DNA from: Euprymna scolopes
Lineage: Eukaryota
Direction: 5' to 3' (one strand)
Length of the DNA stretch: 64,000 nucleotides
Assembly: GCA_053919585.1 (NCBI GenBank)
Contig: CM132828.1
Below the pieces are notes generated by a model. The model had not been told where the DNA came from. It searched no databases and saw nothing but the letters and a program-made list of their open reading frames with translations. Positions 12,713 through 24,636 of the stretch are shown here, in pieces. The position numbers were made by a program, and so were the translations under genes. Position 1 is the first letter of the stretch. Each line of letters opens with the position of its first letter.

Positions 12713-13455
12713 ATGTGCAACCTTAAGGGCAAATAACACATAGCTCACTACACAATTCAGGTCATTAGCTTTCAAACGAGCCTTAATTTGGTACATCTTG
12801 ATAAATAGTTGGCAACATTTAGAACTTACAAAATTAACGAAAAAGGTGGTATATCTATATCTATATATGTTTGTATATACTTGTAGCCAAATTGAATATT
12901 GAAATGTTCATATCTTTGCTTCTATGGGAAGAAACTACATGAAAATTTGCAGGCTGTTTAAAAATTTTAATAATACTAGCAGGGCCTCTGGCATTGCTCG
13001 GTCATAAAATATGCTTAAATATGATATTTTGATTAATGTAGTTTTCATATTTATATTATACTAGCTGTACCCGGCCACGCGTTGCTGTGGCTCAGTTTGT
13101 TAAAATGGAACACATGTGAAAGTAGAGAAAAGTTTGATTCTTTTTTTCAAGAGAATGTACAAATTATTTTTTTTTTTTTAACAGATGTTAAGAAAATAAA
13201 CAGAAAAATACTTCCATCATTAATTATGCAAAAAAATAAATAAAATGTTGATTTAGTGTTTCAATAGTCTTATAAATTACGATAAAACTTGCTGAGTATG
13301 CACTGTTTTACGGTTGTTGTAAAAATGGAATGGAAACTTAAATTTTGCTTCATTTTAATCTTTCTTAATTTTTTAATTGTGCCCCCCCCCCAACGAATAT
13401 AATCAAAACAGTAACATTCAACAGTTGTACTTTATGTATATAAAACACAAAATGG

Positions 13456-14050
13456 GGGTTTGTATTACTGTACACATAGATTCGAAAAAGTTGTCAAAAA
13501 ACAAATATATAACAAATAAATGTTATCAAAGGTAAGTTACTTTTCTGTCAAACTGGATATATTTTTTGTGTTTTTATTCAATGTAACATATTTATTCAGC
13601 TCGAAAAACATACAGTGTTTACCGATGTATTCGAAAATTCAAGATGGCGTCTCACACCCTCTTTAACACCGTAAGTATGGAAAAAGGTGTTATAAATAAA
13701 AAAACTATACAAAATACTATTAAAAACCCGCCGAATATATGTCAACCTATGTCACGGTAACATATATTGAGCGAGTTTTTAACAGTATTTTATCCGGTTT
13801 TTTATTTATAACATCTTTTCCCACACTTACCGTGTTAAAGAGAGAATCAGACTCCATCTTGAATGTTCCAATACATCGGTAAACACTGTATGGTTTTCGA
13901 GCTGAATAAACATGTTACATTGAATAAAAACACGAAAAATATATCCAGTTTGGTAGAAAAGTAACTTATCTTGCCTTTGATAACATTTATTTGTTATATA
14001 TTTCTTTTTGGACAACTTTTTCGAATCTATGTGTACAGTAATACAAACCC
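13456..14050. mobile_element. Foldback element, ~290-bp arms with almost no spacer (MuDR/Foldback-like)
   Basis: GGGTTTGTATTACTGTACACATAG...CTATGTGTACAGTAATACAAACCC; flanks CACAAAATGG / CACAAAATAT suggest an 8-10-bp TSD; an extra right arm lies at 15530-15635. Confidence 0.82.
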
Positions 14051-14191
14051 CACAAAATATTTATTAAAAAAAAAAATTTAAAAAAAAGTTAATAGCGAAA
14101 GGGAAATAATTTCATTTTTAAACGAAAAAGTCAGTTTACCGAACTTACTGTATTAATGCTATTTTTTTTAAGCAAGAAAAAAAAAAAAAAA

Positions 14192-14841
14192 GGTAAATAT
14201 CCAGATACGCTACTACAGAACACCGACCACTCTAATTTGTTTTTTTATAGGTAATTGAGGTCGCTGACAACGAATCTGATAGTCAAACTTGGGGCAAATT
14301 TACCGTTTGCATGGTATTTACCCCTGAACCTACAAACTTCTTTCCACCATTTTGCAGCATCCGTTTATGCTACGCGCATGCACGCTGTAGCATAAACGAC
14401 GGCTTCACCAAGCAAACTATGTTGGGGGGAGGGGATTTTTTTTTCCAGGACATAGAAATTTCTAATTTTCAAAAATACATTGTAGCGCTTTTTGGGTGGA
14501 AAATTTAAAAGTAGCTGAAAAAGAAATAAAATAAGAAAAGGAAAGCACACCAAGTTGGAGTAGGGGGGGGGGTAATTTATCTGTTTTTTTTTGTTTTTTT
14601 TTTTTACCTGGAACATCGAATTTTAAAATTTTCCGTAAGTAACGCACCGACATTTACCAATTAGAACACCATTTAACATTTTCCGAAGATTTTACTTTGT
14701 ACATTGGGGGCGCGAGCGGGGAGGGGGGAGCGGATGTGATGTTGACGCGCGCGCGCCTGCCCGCCCGCCCCAACATAACATCCCCCCCCCCAACAAATTA
14801 GAGTGGTCAGTGTTCTGTAGTAGCGTATCTGGATATTTACC
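14192..14841. mobile_element. MITE with 50-bp TIRs, possibly Merlin superfamily
   Basis: TIR GGTAAATATCCAGATACGCTACTACAGAACAC(C/T)GACCACTCTAATTTGTT at both ends; inserted in a poly-A run; GGTAA fits the Merlin GGNRM terminus; internal GC-rich hairpin ~14724-14791. Confidence 0.75.
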
Positions 14842-16852
14842 AAAAAAAAAAAAAATATTTAGGTTCGGCTATAAATTCCTAAACTCATTTCACCTTAAAT
14901 AATTTAGGTGACTGAAATAGGAATCTAATTGAATCTTTAATTTCCTGAATAGTATCCGATAATTCATTTTTCTTCGAGTTATATCGAATACATTAATACA
15001 GACTTTAGGGGCTTTTTTCGTAATGTTACTGTAAAAATTATTTTTTATTGTTACAAATTACGATGCTTTAAAAAAAGCAAAAATAAATTCTTGCGTTTTT
15101 TATTTACTACTGAAAACCATAACTTTAGTAAAGGTATTTTTTATTTAAACAAAATAAAACATTTTCACCAAGAGTTAAGTAAAAATAATTAGTTCATTAT
15201 ATTCTGCGATCATTATTTGAAAAATACTGCAATTTTCATTAAAATTCGTTAATTTCCTGATTTTTGGTGAATTTTTAAGTAAAGGGAAGAATCAAAATGT
15301 GTATACACTTTGAGCGTCGGCATTCATTTTTCGACCACGTGTGGTTAATTTAAATTAAAGTTCAATCACATGGTTATATTATCAATAAACCCATTGAAAA
15401 TTTACCATATTGTAAACACATTCTGTTTACATTAAGCCTGTGGTGTTTTTTTAGTGATGCAATGTTGTCAACTGAGATTTAAAAAAAACCCGCGAGATCA
15501 GGAGAAAGAAATGTCCAGAAAATCGCTAGCCAGTTTGGCAGAAAAGTAACTTATCTTGCCTTTGATAACATTTATTTGTTATATATTTGTTTTTTGACAA
15601 CTTTTTCGAATCTATGTGTACAGTAATACAAACCCAAACTTCGGAGATTGGAATCCCCCCCCCCACCTAAAATGTACTTGGAAAAATCGATTTTATAGTG
15701 AGATTTAAGAATGGTTAGTTGAAAAAAAGGTGAAAAACAAAAAAAATAATCAATAAATAATTGTTACCAAAGGCAATAAATGCTACTTTTTTTTTACTTA
15801 CATGAATGAGTTTATTTTATGTTTTAAAGTATTTTCAAGCAATCTAATGCGGGTGTCTCTGGGTGCCAAATACCTCCAGATTTTCTAGAATTTCCCGCTA
15901 GATTGTAAACGAAATCTCCAGATCTAGCAGGAAAACCGCTAAATTGTAACACTGGTCACGTGACAGGAAGCGGTAATAAATAATTGTCCCTAAATAAAAA
16001 AAAATCGCCTCTCGGTAAAAAGAAATCCACCTATTTATCATAGAAAAATTAAGTATAATGTTATAATTAAAAAGGAATATATAAAAACACACATTGATAT
16101 AGTAAACATATTATACCAAAACGTGGAAGCCATCCGTCCAGTGGTTTTTTAGACAATTAACTCCGAACGAACCAACATTTACATTTTTATATATATAGAT
16201 TAGACACAATATATAGTAATGATTTGAAAAGTTAAAATAAGATGATTCATTCCCCACCACTGAAAATCAAAACCAAACGTTTAGCTTATGGTTTATTTTT
16301 TCCTCTGCCTATACTAACTGAGACTGACTGTTTGCTGCAAGGCTATAAATTAAAACATGAACTAATAGCTATTACATTATTCATGTATATTCATAATGCG
16401 GCCGTTCGACCTTCATGTGGCAAATTAAATATTTTTCAATTTTCACACTTTTGTAGTGATTTTCCCAGGCTAAAACTTAAATATAAAGTTTCACATGGGT
16501 TCAAATACCTTATATATGTAGTTTCATTTATGGAGACCAAAAACGGTAGAAGTTTGGTAGGAAAATTCTTTTAAACAAAAATATATATGCATATATAAAT
16601 ATATATGGAAAGTTACTATAACCGTTTTATGCAACTATTACGCAAGTATAAATCATGTAGAATATCTGCATGATTATAATTACATGTAATAGTTAACTAA
16701 ATATGATCATCCCATGAGAAAACAAAAAAGACTAATAGGAATTGATTAAAATGAATGTTTAAAAGAATATGCAAATTAGCTAAATCTTTTGCTAGTGAAT
16801 GCAATTCCACAACCCATATATAACAAAGTTATGTTTTCTTTTATTATATAAA

Positions 16853-17228
16853 TCTTACCTGTATGTTTAAATGTATGTATGTATGTATGTATGTTTGTAT
16901 GTCTGCCTAAAACTTTTGACAGAGGCAATGGATTTTCACAACAAATATCGAAAAATTGGCTAAAAACATTAATTTCTGGGCAGTTTTAGACAAGGAGGAT
17001 TGTTGCCATTTTTACAAGTCATCGTATTGCTTGGATTGACTTCCCTTAATTTCAACGTTCCGAACTTCTGGTCATGTCATGGGGTAGTGGTAAGATGTCA
17101 GATTTTCTTTCATTTTCTTTTCTGCCTTTGCGTCACAGGTTCGAGCCTGCCTGCCTATTACCAGATTTTTTGTTTTTTGCTCACAGCACACCTCCAAACA
17201 CCCAGGCAACACCGGGCACCCAGGCTAG
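16853..17228 (+). mobile_element. Short Helitron copy related to 2272-3177
   Basis: (GTAT)n, GTCT(A/G)CCTAAAACTTT, GGTTCGAGCCTGCCT, CACACCTCCAAACACCCA shared; imperfect 3' hairpin CCCAGG..CCGGG and CTAG|T end. Confidence 0.7.
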
Positions 17229-17287
17229 TTTTAAATAAACAGAAAGAAGACTTGCTTTTTTTCTGCTTTGGTCCAAGATCAAAGTGT

Positions 17288-20200
17288 CTAATAGAGTTAA
17301 TTAAAAAGGCACTAGTGGGGCGGTTATCAGGAGTAAGTGGTAGGTGGGTCTTAAATCTAAAATTAGAGGATTCTCTGTCAAGTATTCCAAGCACCTCGCA
17401 CTAGATAAGACCAAGACGAAGAAGCAGCTAGAGCAGAAATTAATCTGGCTACATGGGAGGGAAATAGGGTTTGTCAAGAACTAGCTAAGCAAGACCTTCT
17501 GCGGGAGACTAGTGAGCATTACGAAGGTCAAGTAGAGCTAGGCTTAGAAAGATAGGCAATGAAGCAGTGAACTCTGATGTGGATGTGCATCATGAGGTTT
17601 CTAGGCGTGGCTTGGACAAGTACATTGGTAAAGTCAAACATCTGAATGGATGCACCTTGGAGTTTACTCGAGAGATCTGCGAGGGGTTTCTAGAATATTT
17701 TGAAGAGCATTTTACGCAACATCCCGATCTTCCGATCAACGAGTTTAGTAACGATTTGGCCGACTCTCCCCATCTCGAGGCGTCTAGGGCGGCTAGTTGC
17801 GAGGGCCGGTTGACGTAGTGGGAGATTTTTATTGCGCTAAAGCAGATCAGCTATGACAGATCACCAGGACTTGATGGTTTGCCATACGAACTGTATTTGA
17901 GGCTGTTGCCCATGTTTCTACATCTTCTGACAGATGTGTTCAATCATTGGTTTTCTCAGGAATCCATCCTGGGGCAAGTCATCAAGGGAGTGATCACATT
18001 GCTCAGGAAAGGTGACGGTCATGGTGACGACGAATTAGATGACTACAGGCCCATAACTCTGCGTTTAGCAGAGTTGAAGATTTTGCCCAAGATCTTGTCG
18101 AATCAACTGCAAGTTGTTATTGGCGACTTGATCAAACCAAAACAAAATGACGCTGTGAAGAGGAGATCGATTCAGAACAATTTGCACCTGATCCGCATCA
18201 TCCTAGAGAAGGGATAGGAGATGACACAGAAGTCATGCTGATCAATTTAGATCATTCCAAAGCTTTTGATAGGGTCGGCCATCGCCTCCTGACATCTGTC
18301 TTAGATACTGCCAATTTTAAACTGGACTTCTGCAAGTTGATCTCTGAGATGTATTGCCATCCATGATTGTCGTGCAAGTCAACGGAAAGCACTCGAAACC
18401 CTTTATTATCTCTCAGGTGGTTCATCAGGGTTGTCTGCCGTCACCCCTACTCTACATCCTGGCGTTGGAGCCACTACTCTGCAAGCTAAGACGTGGAGAG
18501 GCAAATTCAGCCCTGCATGGAATAGCTCTACCTGGCGGCTTGGCCACCAAAGTATCCGTGTACACCGATGACGTCACGGTCTTTGTGTTGAGCTTCAGAG
18601 ACATTGAGATTATGTCGGAGGTGTTTGCTCGGTACGAAAGAATTACAGGAGCCAAAATAAACCGCAGCAAGTCGGTCGGACTGTGGTTGGGCACCTGGAG
18701 TGGTTACGCAAATCTACTGGCACCTTTCAGCTGGACAGATGGCCTGGTTTGGGTCCCTGGTGTGTGATTGGGACAGGGTCTCCAGCTCAAAAAGAATTGG
18801 TCGGAGGTATGGTCAAAGGTGGAGGCTGTAGTCAACTTGTGGCTTCCTAGGAAACTTTCCTTAAGAGCCAAGGTGTGCGCCATGTACGTCTTCCTCTAAT
18901 CCTTTACCGACTGGCCATACTTTTCCTGCCTGCACAACACCTAAAAGTTCTTGTCGAACTCTTGTCCTCGCTTCTTTAGAACAAAGGAAGACACTGGGTG
19001 AGCAGACAGGTCTGTATTTAATGTCCTTGTGAGGGAGGCATAGGAATGCCGGACTTGAAGTGTCATTGAGACGCTGAAAAGCTGATATTCCTGAGCCACT
19101 ATCTGCAAGAAGACTAACCATGGTACCCTGCTATTATTGCCGCCCATCCTGATCTTGTTCTTGACCTCTCTGTCGAGAGCCGTTGCAGGCCGCGGAGAGA
19201 ATCTGCCATCCTAAAAGAGTGTCAAGCCACACTAAAATGACTACCAAGGTCCAGCGACCTTAAGACTGCTGCCCATAGGGAACTCCACAGGGATCTAGTG
19301 AGAGGGGGGGGGCTCCCAACTATTCACTAAGCGTGCGTTTGGGTTGGCAGCAGAGTGAGATCCATTCTGTGTGGAGTTGGGCGTCAGATTCGAGTCATCG
19401 GAACAACTTGGAGTTCTCTCTGACCTGGCGATTGGCTCGAAATGCACTTCCTCCAAACAACGTACAATGCAGTTTTGGTTTTTTGGAGTCCTTGTTGCAG
19501 AACAACAGCCATAAAAACGACTGATCACGCTTTCTTTGATTGTCATAAACTCCACCAGTGCTGGTCATATGTTGTTAAAGTGACAGCTCACATTGATCCT
19601 AGGCATCCTTGCCCAATTACCGTATTCAATGTTGTTGACAACGTGAGGCTGGTGTGGTATCAGGAAACACAAATTGTCTACATTACTATTCTGACCGTAG
19701 CAAGAATGGTAATTTGGACGTCGCAACTGCAAGGTGGCCAGAGGGGGTATTGTCCTTTTTTGATCAGTATCTGATCGCTTTCTTTAAACACCAACTACGG
19801 GTGAAGATGAGATTTGATAGAAAGAGGCTGCATCACATGGAATTTGACAGAAGATGGATACACGTAGCAAGTCTGCGCGTGCGAAAACAAACCAAATGTG
19901 AATATGTGTTCCCCATCAAGTGTAATCTAACTTTTAGCCTCTTAGTTTGCCAAGTGAATGCTCCATTCCTTCTCAACTAGGTAGCCTCCAAGATCCTCAC
20001 CCCCTCCTAACTGCAAGTTTTCTTTTCACCCCTCCCTCTAAATTTCACTCATCTTGGAGAAAAAGAAATCTATCACTAACAACCCCTCTCACCCACCAGG
20101 TTTTCTTTTCTCCATTTCATCCCATCTAGAGAGCACCCCCATTTAGAGACTGTCCCACAGGACCTTTACAAACCGAAGTGGAACGGACGGTCTATCAACT

Positions 20201-20547
20201 AGACAAGGTTATGAGGGTCCTACTAACCACTTTAGTATTTTTCCTTCCCTTCCCTCGACACAAATGAATTATTGTATCATTATTGTTATCTTCTTTGTTA
20301 TTTATTACAAATCAATAAAAATCTTTTAAACAATTGAGTTCTAAGTAGGACGCCCCCAAGTACGAAAGGGTGAATGCAGTATTATGGTGAAAGAAGATTC
20401 TAGCTAAGAGAAACTTTTGTTTAGTTCTAGAGTGACAAGCATGACCAACGACCCTCATTTTCCCCCCTTTTGAGTTGGCCTTGTGTCTAAGTGTTTTTTC
20501 ATGTTGAATTACATTGTATTTTTAGCCCGAATAAAATATTTAATATC
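17288..20547 (+). mobile_element. Element A: 5'-truncated Tx1/L1-clade retrotransposon (decayed ORF2 RT + C-terminal zinc region, long type-I 3'UTR)
   Basis: SPGLDGLPYELY, YRPITL, QGCLPSPLLYILALEPL, YTDDV, HAFFDC; 3'UTR ends AATAAAATATTTAATATC just before the U2 motif. Confidence 0.88.
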
Positions 20548-20570
20548 TCAAAGTGTAGTATCTGTTCTTA
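20548..20570 (+). other. U2 snRNA-derived joint motif (branch-point recognition region), representative copy
   Basis: TCAAAGTGTAGTATCTGTTCTTA matches U2 nt ~27-49 as I recall it (UCAAAG form, as in Drosophila U2). Other copies: 24614-24636(-), 29057-29079(+), 32808-32830(-), 35013-35034(+), 40983-41001(+), 42556-42578(+), 48061-48078(-, decayed), 48790-48810(-), 49031-49051(-), 56301-56321(+). Confidence 0.88.
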
Positions 20571-22715
20571 CTACATTTTTTTCTTTGGCACGTGTCAATG
20601 CTGTTCTAGCAACACCTTCTTGTGCCATGAACACATTGATAAGCTTTTTGCGGTAGCGTTCTTTCCGCACCCCCACTTTGTCTTTCTTTGCTCTCTCTCC
20701 CTGCGAGAGGAGGATATGAGCTGTTAATTACGACCTTCCCACGAAGGAGAGTCGGACATTCTTTCCCTCTTGCCTTCAATTAATTCCCCACTCCCTCTCT
20801 CAGTTCTGTCTCCCCTCTTGCAGCTCTCCACTTTGGATGCCATCTCCATGTTGGTCAAAGCCGTGAATTTTGGATTTTATCGCACCCTTTGACTGACCAT
20901 GAAAACCACAGACACTGGAAGAGAGTAAAAGAAGGCAAACCCCAGCATGGAGTTCATGACTCCGCCAAAGGACAACACCCCATATGGGGGAGCAACATTT
21001 AAAAACAAACGAAGGGGCATACTGCCTTGATAATATGGAGGCAAGGGCAGCAGCCGCAAAAGACCGTGGCCGGGGGAAATGCTCCCCACTAGAGCAACTC
21101 CCCTAAAGAGGGAGCTAATTGCAAAACTGATGAGGCATACCCAAGAGGTCCTCCAAACCAACGGGTAGCAGACCCAAAAGATATTACTGGGGGAGAAGCT
21201 CCGCATAAGGGCAACTTCCCCCCAAAAGGAGAAAATTACAAAAAAAAAAAGGCATACCGCCTGGAAGTAAATGTTGGCAATGAGGCAGCTGCCTCAAGAG
21301 ACACAATGAAGGGGGATGCTTCTCCAGAGGGAAGCTTCCCGAAAAAGGGAGCCGTACTGGACACACTCAAGGAGAGCGCGGGAGAATGAGTCTCTAAAGG
21401 GAAACCCATCTCACAAAACACCTTCAAGACAGCAAAAAAAAATCATCCAACCCCACAAAAGACTCCATTACCCAAGTTGTCAGAATAGATCTGCATGGGG
21501 TAAAACTGCTGAAAACAGACTCTCTCTGCAGGAATATAAAGACTTGTACTTCACCAAGTACTAAAAATATATTGAGGGGAATGTCCTCCAGCCAATTCCT
21601 GGGGACTGGGAGGTAATAGAACACCAGGGAAAATCAGCTCAAGAGAGTGAAAAAGGAAGAAATGGCAAAGCTCCTCCAGAAATTGAATATACCCACCAAG
21701 TATATACACCAGAGGAGCTTTCTGATGTTGGACATACTGCTCCCAATAAGGATGAAGCAGAAAGGTTCTCACGCACAGAGCTTAAATGCACAGGAGTCCA
21801 CCAGCTGCTGGAGTACCAGGACAGGAGAAGAACCCAGGTACAAATATTTAATGCTCCTGCTTATCTACACGCAGAACTGATTGGAACCTTCTTCAGTAAG
21901 TTTGGAGAGATGGAGCAAATGAACCTGGCATACTTCAAAAATGGTGTCCACCTGGGAGGCTATACAGTAGCGATGCGGGTAAAAAGAAGAGGGCTTCTTA
22001 GGCATACTAGCAGCAATATCCTTCAAGAAAGCCAACATGATGGTGGTGGTCGAGGGTTAACACCCTCACTGCTGGTTCTGTCAGAAACAGGGCCACATAG
22101 CAAAGAACTGCCCAAAAAAAACATTTCCAAGCCAATCTGCACCACAAGTGAACACAGTTCCAGCAGCGGGGGTGTTGACAACCACTGAAACTATGAAATT
22201 TGCCAACATCAGCCCTTGAGTCAACAAAGCCCAAGGGAACCAAGGATCAGTGAAGTATGGTGGCAAGGCGTAAACGAAAGAACACATATCTCCACCTCAA
22301 CCTCACCACCTACTAAATAGCAGCAACAACAACAACAGTCGCAGCCACAATGACAACAGCAGCAGCAACAATATCAGCAGCAGCAGCGAGAGCAACAATG
22401 GCAACAGCAGCAGCAACAATATCAGCAGCAGCAGTGAGAGCAACAATGGCAACAGCAGCAGCAACAATATCAGCAGCAGCAGTGAGAGCAACAATGGCAA
22501 CAGCAGCAGCAACAATATCAGCAGCAGCAGTGAGAGCAACAATGGCAACAGCAGCAGCAACAATATCAGCAGCAGCAGTGAGAGCAACAATGGCAACAGC
22601 AGCAGCAACAATATCAGTAGCAGCAGTGAGAGCAACAATGGCAACAGCAGCAGCAGCAACCGAAGCAACAACAGCTGTTGCAGCTGAAGCCTTGAAAACA
22701 GCTGCAACAACAACC
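20571..22715 (+). mobile_element. Element B: Tx1-like structured 5'UTR + decayed type-I ORF1
   Basis: ATG at 20899; CCHC knuckle CWFCQKQGHIAKNC at 22070-22111; ends in CAG/CAA-rich repeats. Confidence 0.8.
22350..22650 (+). repeat. 48-bp tandem repeat (~6 copies) in ORF1 tail
   Basis: Unit GCAACAATGGCAACAGCAGCAGCAACAATATCAGCAGCAGCAGTGAGA. Confidence 0.92.
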
Positions 22716-24613
22716 ACTTTGCTGTTTTGGCTTTGGCTGCTGCTATTTTTGCTGCTAAATGATTGTTGTTGCAGCTGTTTTCGTGGCTTTGGCTGAGGCA
22801 GCTATTTTTTTTGCTTCAGCATCTTCAGCTGCTGCTGCTATGGCTGTGGTTTTGGCTGCAGATGCTGTGGAGGCTGCTGTTGTTGTTGCTGCCTTGATTG
22901 TTGGGTTGGTGGTTTGACGTTTGCGGATGGGGTTGTAGGCTTCCGTTTCTGGCTCGTCACCATGCTCCTTTCCTCTCCCTTAACCTCCTGTGATGTTCTG
23001 AATTCACTCGACATTGGGGTTGGTGCTGCGGTTGTAGGAGTGGTGACAGCTTTATTTGATTCTGGTGCTGTCTTGGGGGTTGGGACTGCCTTTGGTGTCA
23101 CTTGAGTCGGGATTGATTTTTTGTGGCAGCTTTGGCCATGTGACTCTGCTTGTGGCAGAACAGCAGTGCGGATGGCAGCCTTCCACCACTACCATCATGC
23201 TGGTGCCCTTGAAGGTCAGCAGTGCTGCTATCACCAGAAATACCTTTCTCTTCAGCCTCATTACCACTGTGTAGCAGCTCAGGTGTATGCTGGTTTTCTA
23301 TTGTACCGGGGCCACCTGCTCCACCTCTACAAATTGGCTGAAGAGGGGGATCCCAGGAGTTCTGATGGTATTTGAGTTGGTATGTTGAATATCTGCACCT
23401 GACTACTTCTTGACCTGGTATTCTGGCATTAATTTGGCTCCTCCATGCTTTATTTCTTTGAGGAAGAGTCTCTCCGCATCCTCCTTGGTGGGTAGGAGGA
23501 TGTTTGACATGACAAAGCTTCTCTGGTACATGCATAGTGTTGGAAAGTTCAATTTGTGAAGGAGCCCCACTATGTCTTCTTTTCCGTCCCTAGGAGACGG
23601 TTTTCTGGTATGTTGGAGGTAACAAAGGACAGGACTCTATCCTCGTCTGGCCCTGGCTTTATTATGTATTGCCTGTACTTGGTAAAGTACAGGTCTTTGT
23701 ACTCTTGAGGGGACAGTTGCTTTTCTGTGGTCTTTCCCCATGCAGACTCTCTTGTTGGTGTTGGTGTTGGTGTTGGATCTGTGGTGGGGCTGGATCGTTC
23801 TTGGGGTTCTTTTTTGGAGGGCATTCCCCTTTCTGCTTTCTTTGGGGACCGACTCTCCTTGGTTGATGTTTCTTCCGGAAACAGCTTCCGTTTTGAGGGA
23901 GTTGGTTTCTTGGGAAGCGTTGCCCTCTTTATTGTCCTTGAGGGCATCTGCCCCTTCATTGTTGTTGAGGTCCAGGTGGTATGCCCCCTCGTTCTTCTGA
24001 TTTGCGCCTCCCAAAAGGACTGCACTTTGGGGCTAGTGCCTCTTTACTGCACTTTGGGGCTAGTGCCTCTTCCTTTGTGTGGTTAGAATGGGATGCCCCG
24101 TTCGACATTGGTTTTTCTCCCCGTTGTTTGGTAGTGTTTTTGCTCCTCCTGGTGGGTAGTTGTATTCTAGAGGAGCAGCTGCTTCTGTGGTGGCCTCCAG
24201 GCTGGAGGTATCCATAGTAGCGACCACCGGGCTGAGGTTGTCTGTCTGAAACTCTTCGGTTCGTGTTCGTCTCAAATGTCGCAAAAACAAGTGATGTGAG
24301 GATAGTGTCAGTAGTGCTGAGTCAAATTTGGTGCCAAAAAGAAGTAGCGCCAAAAGTGATAAAAGGGGAGATAGACCTGAGAGAGGAAGTTGGGAGTTAA
24401 TTGAAGGGCAGAGAGAAAGTGTGTTAGACCCTCCTTCACGGAAAGGTTGGAATTAACAGGTCAGATCCCCCCTCGCAGGGGGAGAGCAGAAAAAGTTAGA
24501 CAAAGTGGGGGTTGCGGACAGAACGCTACTCCAAAAAAGCATGTCACTGTGTTCCGGGCATAAGAATATGTTGCCAGAACAGCACTGCCTTGCGCAAAAG
24601 AAAAAAAATGTAA
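22716..24613 (-). mobile_element. Element C: Tx1-like 5'UTR + decayed type-II ORF1
   Basis: ATG at 24215 (MDTSSLEA), SAWGK..LSPQEYKDLYFTKY block, knuckle remnant ~23125-23170; same leader as B. Confidence 0.8.
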
Positions 24614-24636
24614 TAAGAACAGATACTACACATTGA

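Larger units (their letters stand above)
13061..16199 (-). mobile_element. Non-autonomous Helitron (~3.1 kb) carrying nested inverted-repeat elements
   Basis: On the minus strand: A|TC start at 16199 (TCTATATATATAAAAATG), 3' hairpin GCCAC-N8-GTGGC (13074-13091), then CTAG|T at 13061. A second Helitron-type 3' end lies at ~12975-13001. Confidence 0.75.

Noticed and set aside
16200-16850. AT-rich stretch with a 110-aa ORF
   Set aside because: No motif, repeat structure or homology within the window.
20585-20645. HDV-like ribozyme in the Tx1 leader
   Set aside because: A P1/P3-like hairpin exists, but I could not find P1.1 GG, P2 or the J4/2 catalytic strand.
22303-22796. Poly-Leu / poly-Ala ORFs resembling membrane or antifreeze proteins
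   Set aside because: Translations of the 48-bp repeat inside a decayed retrotransposon.
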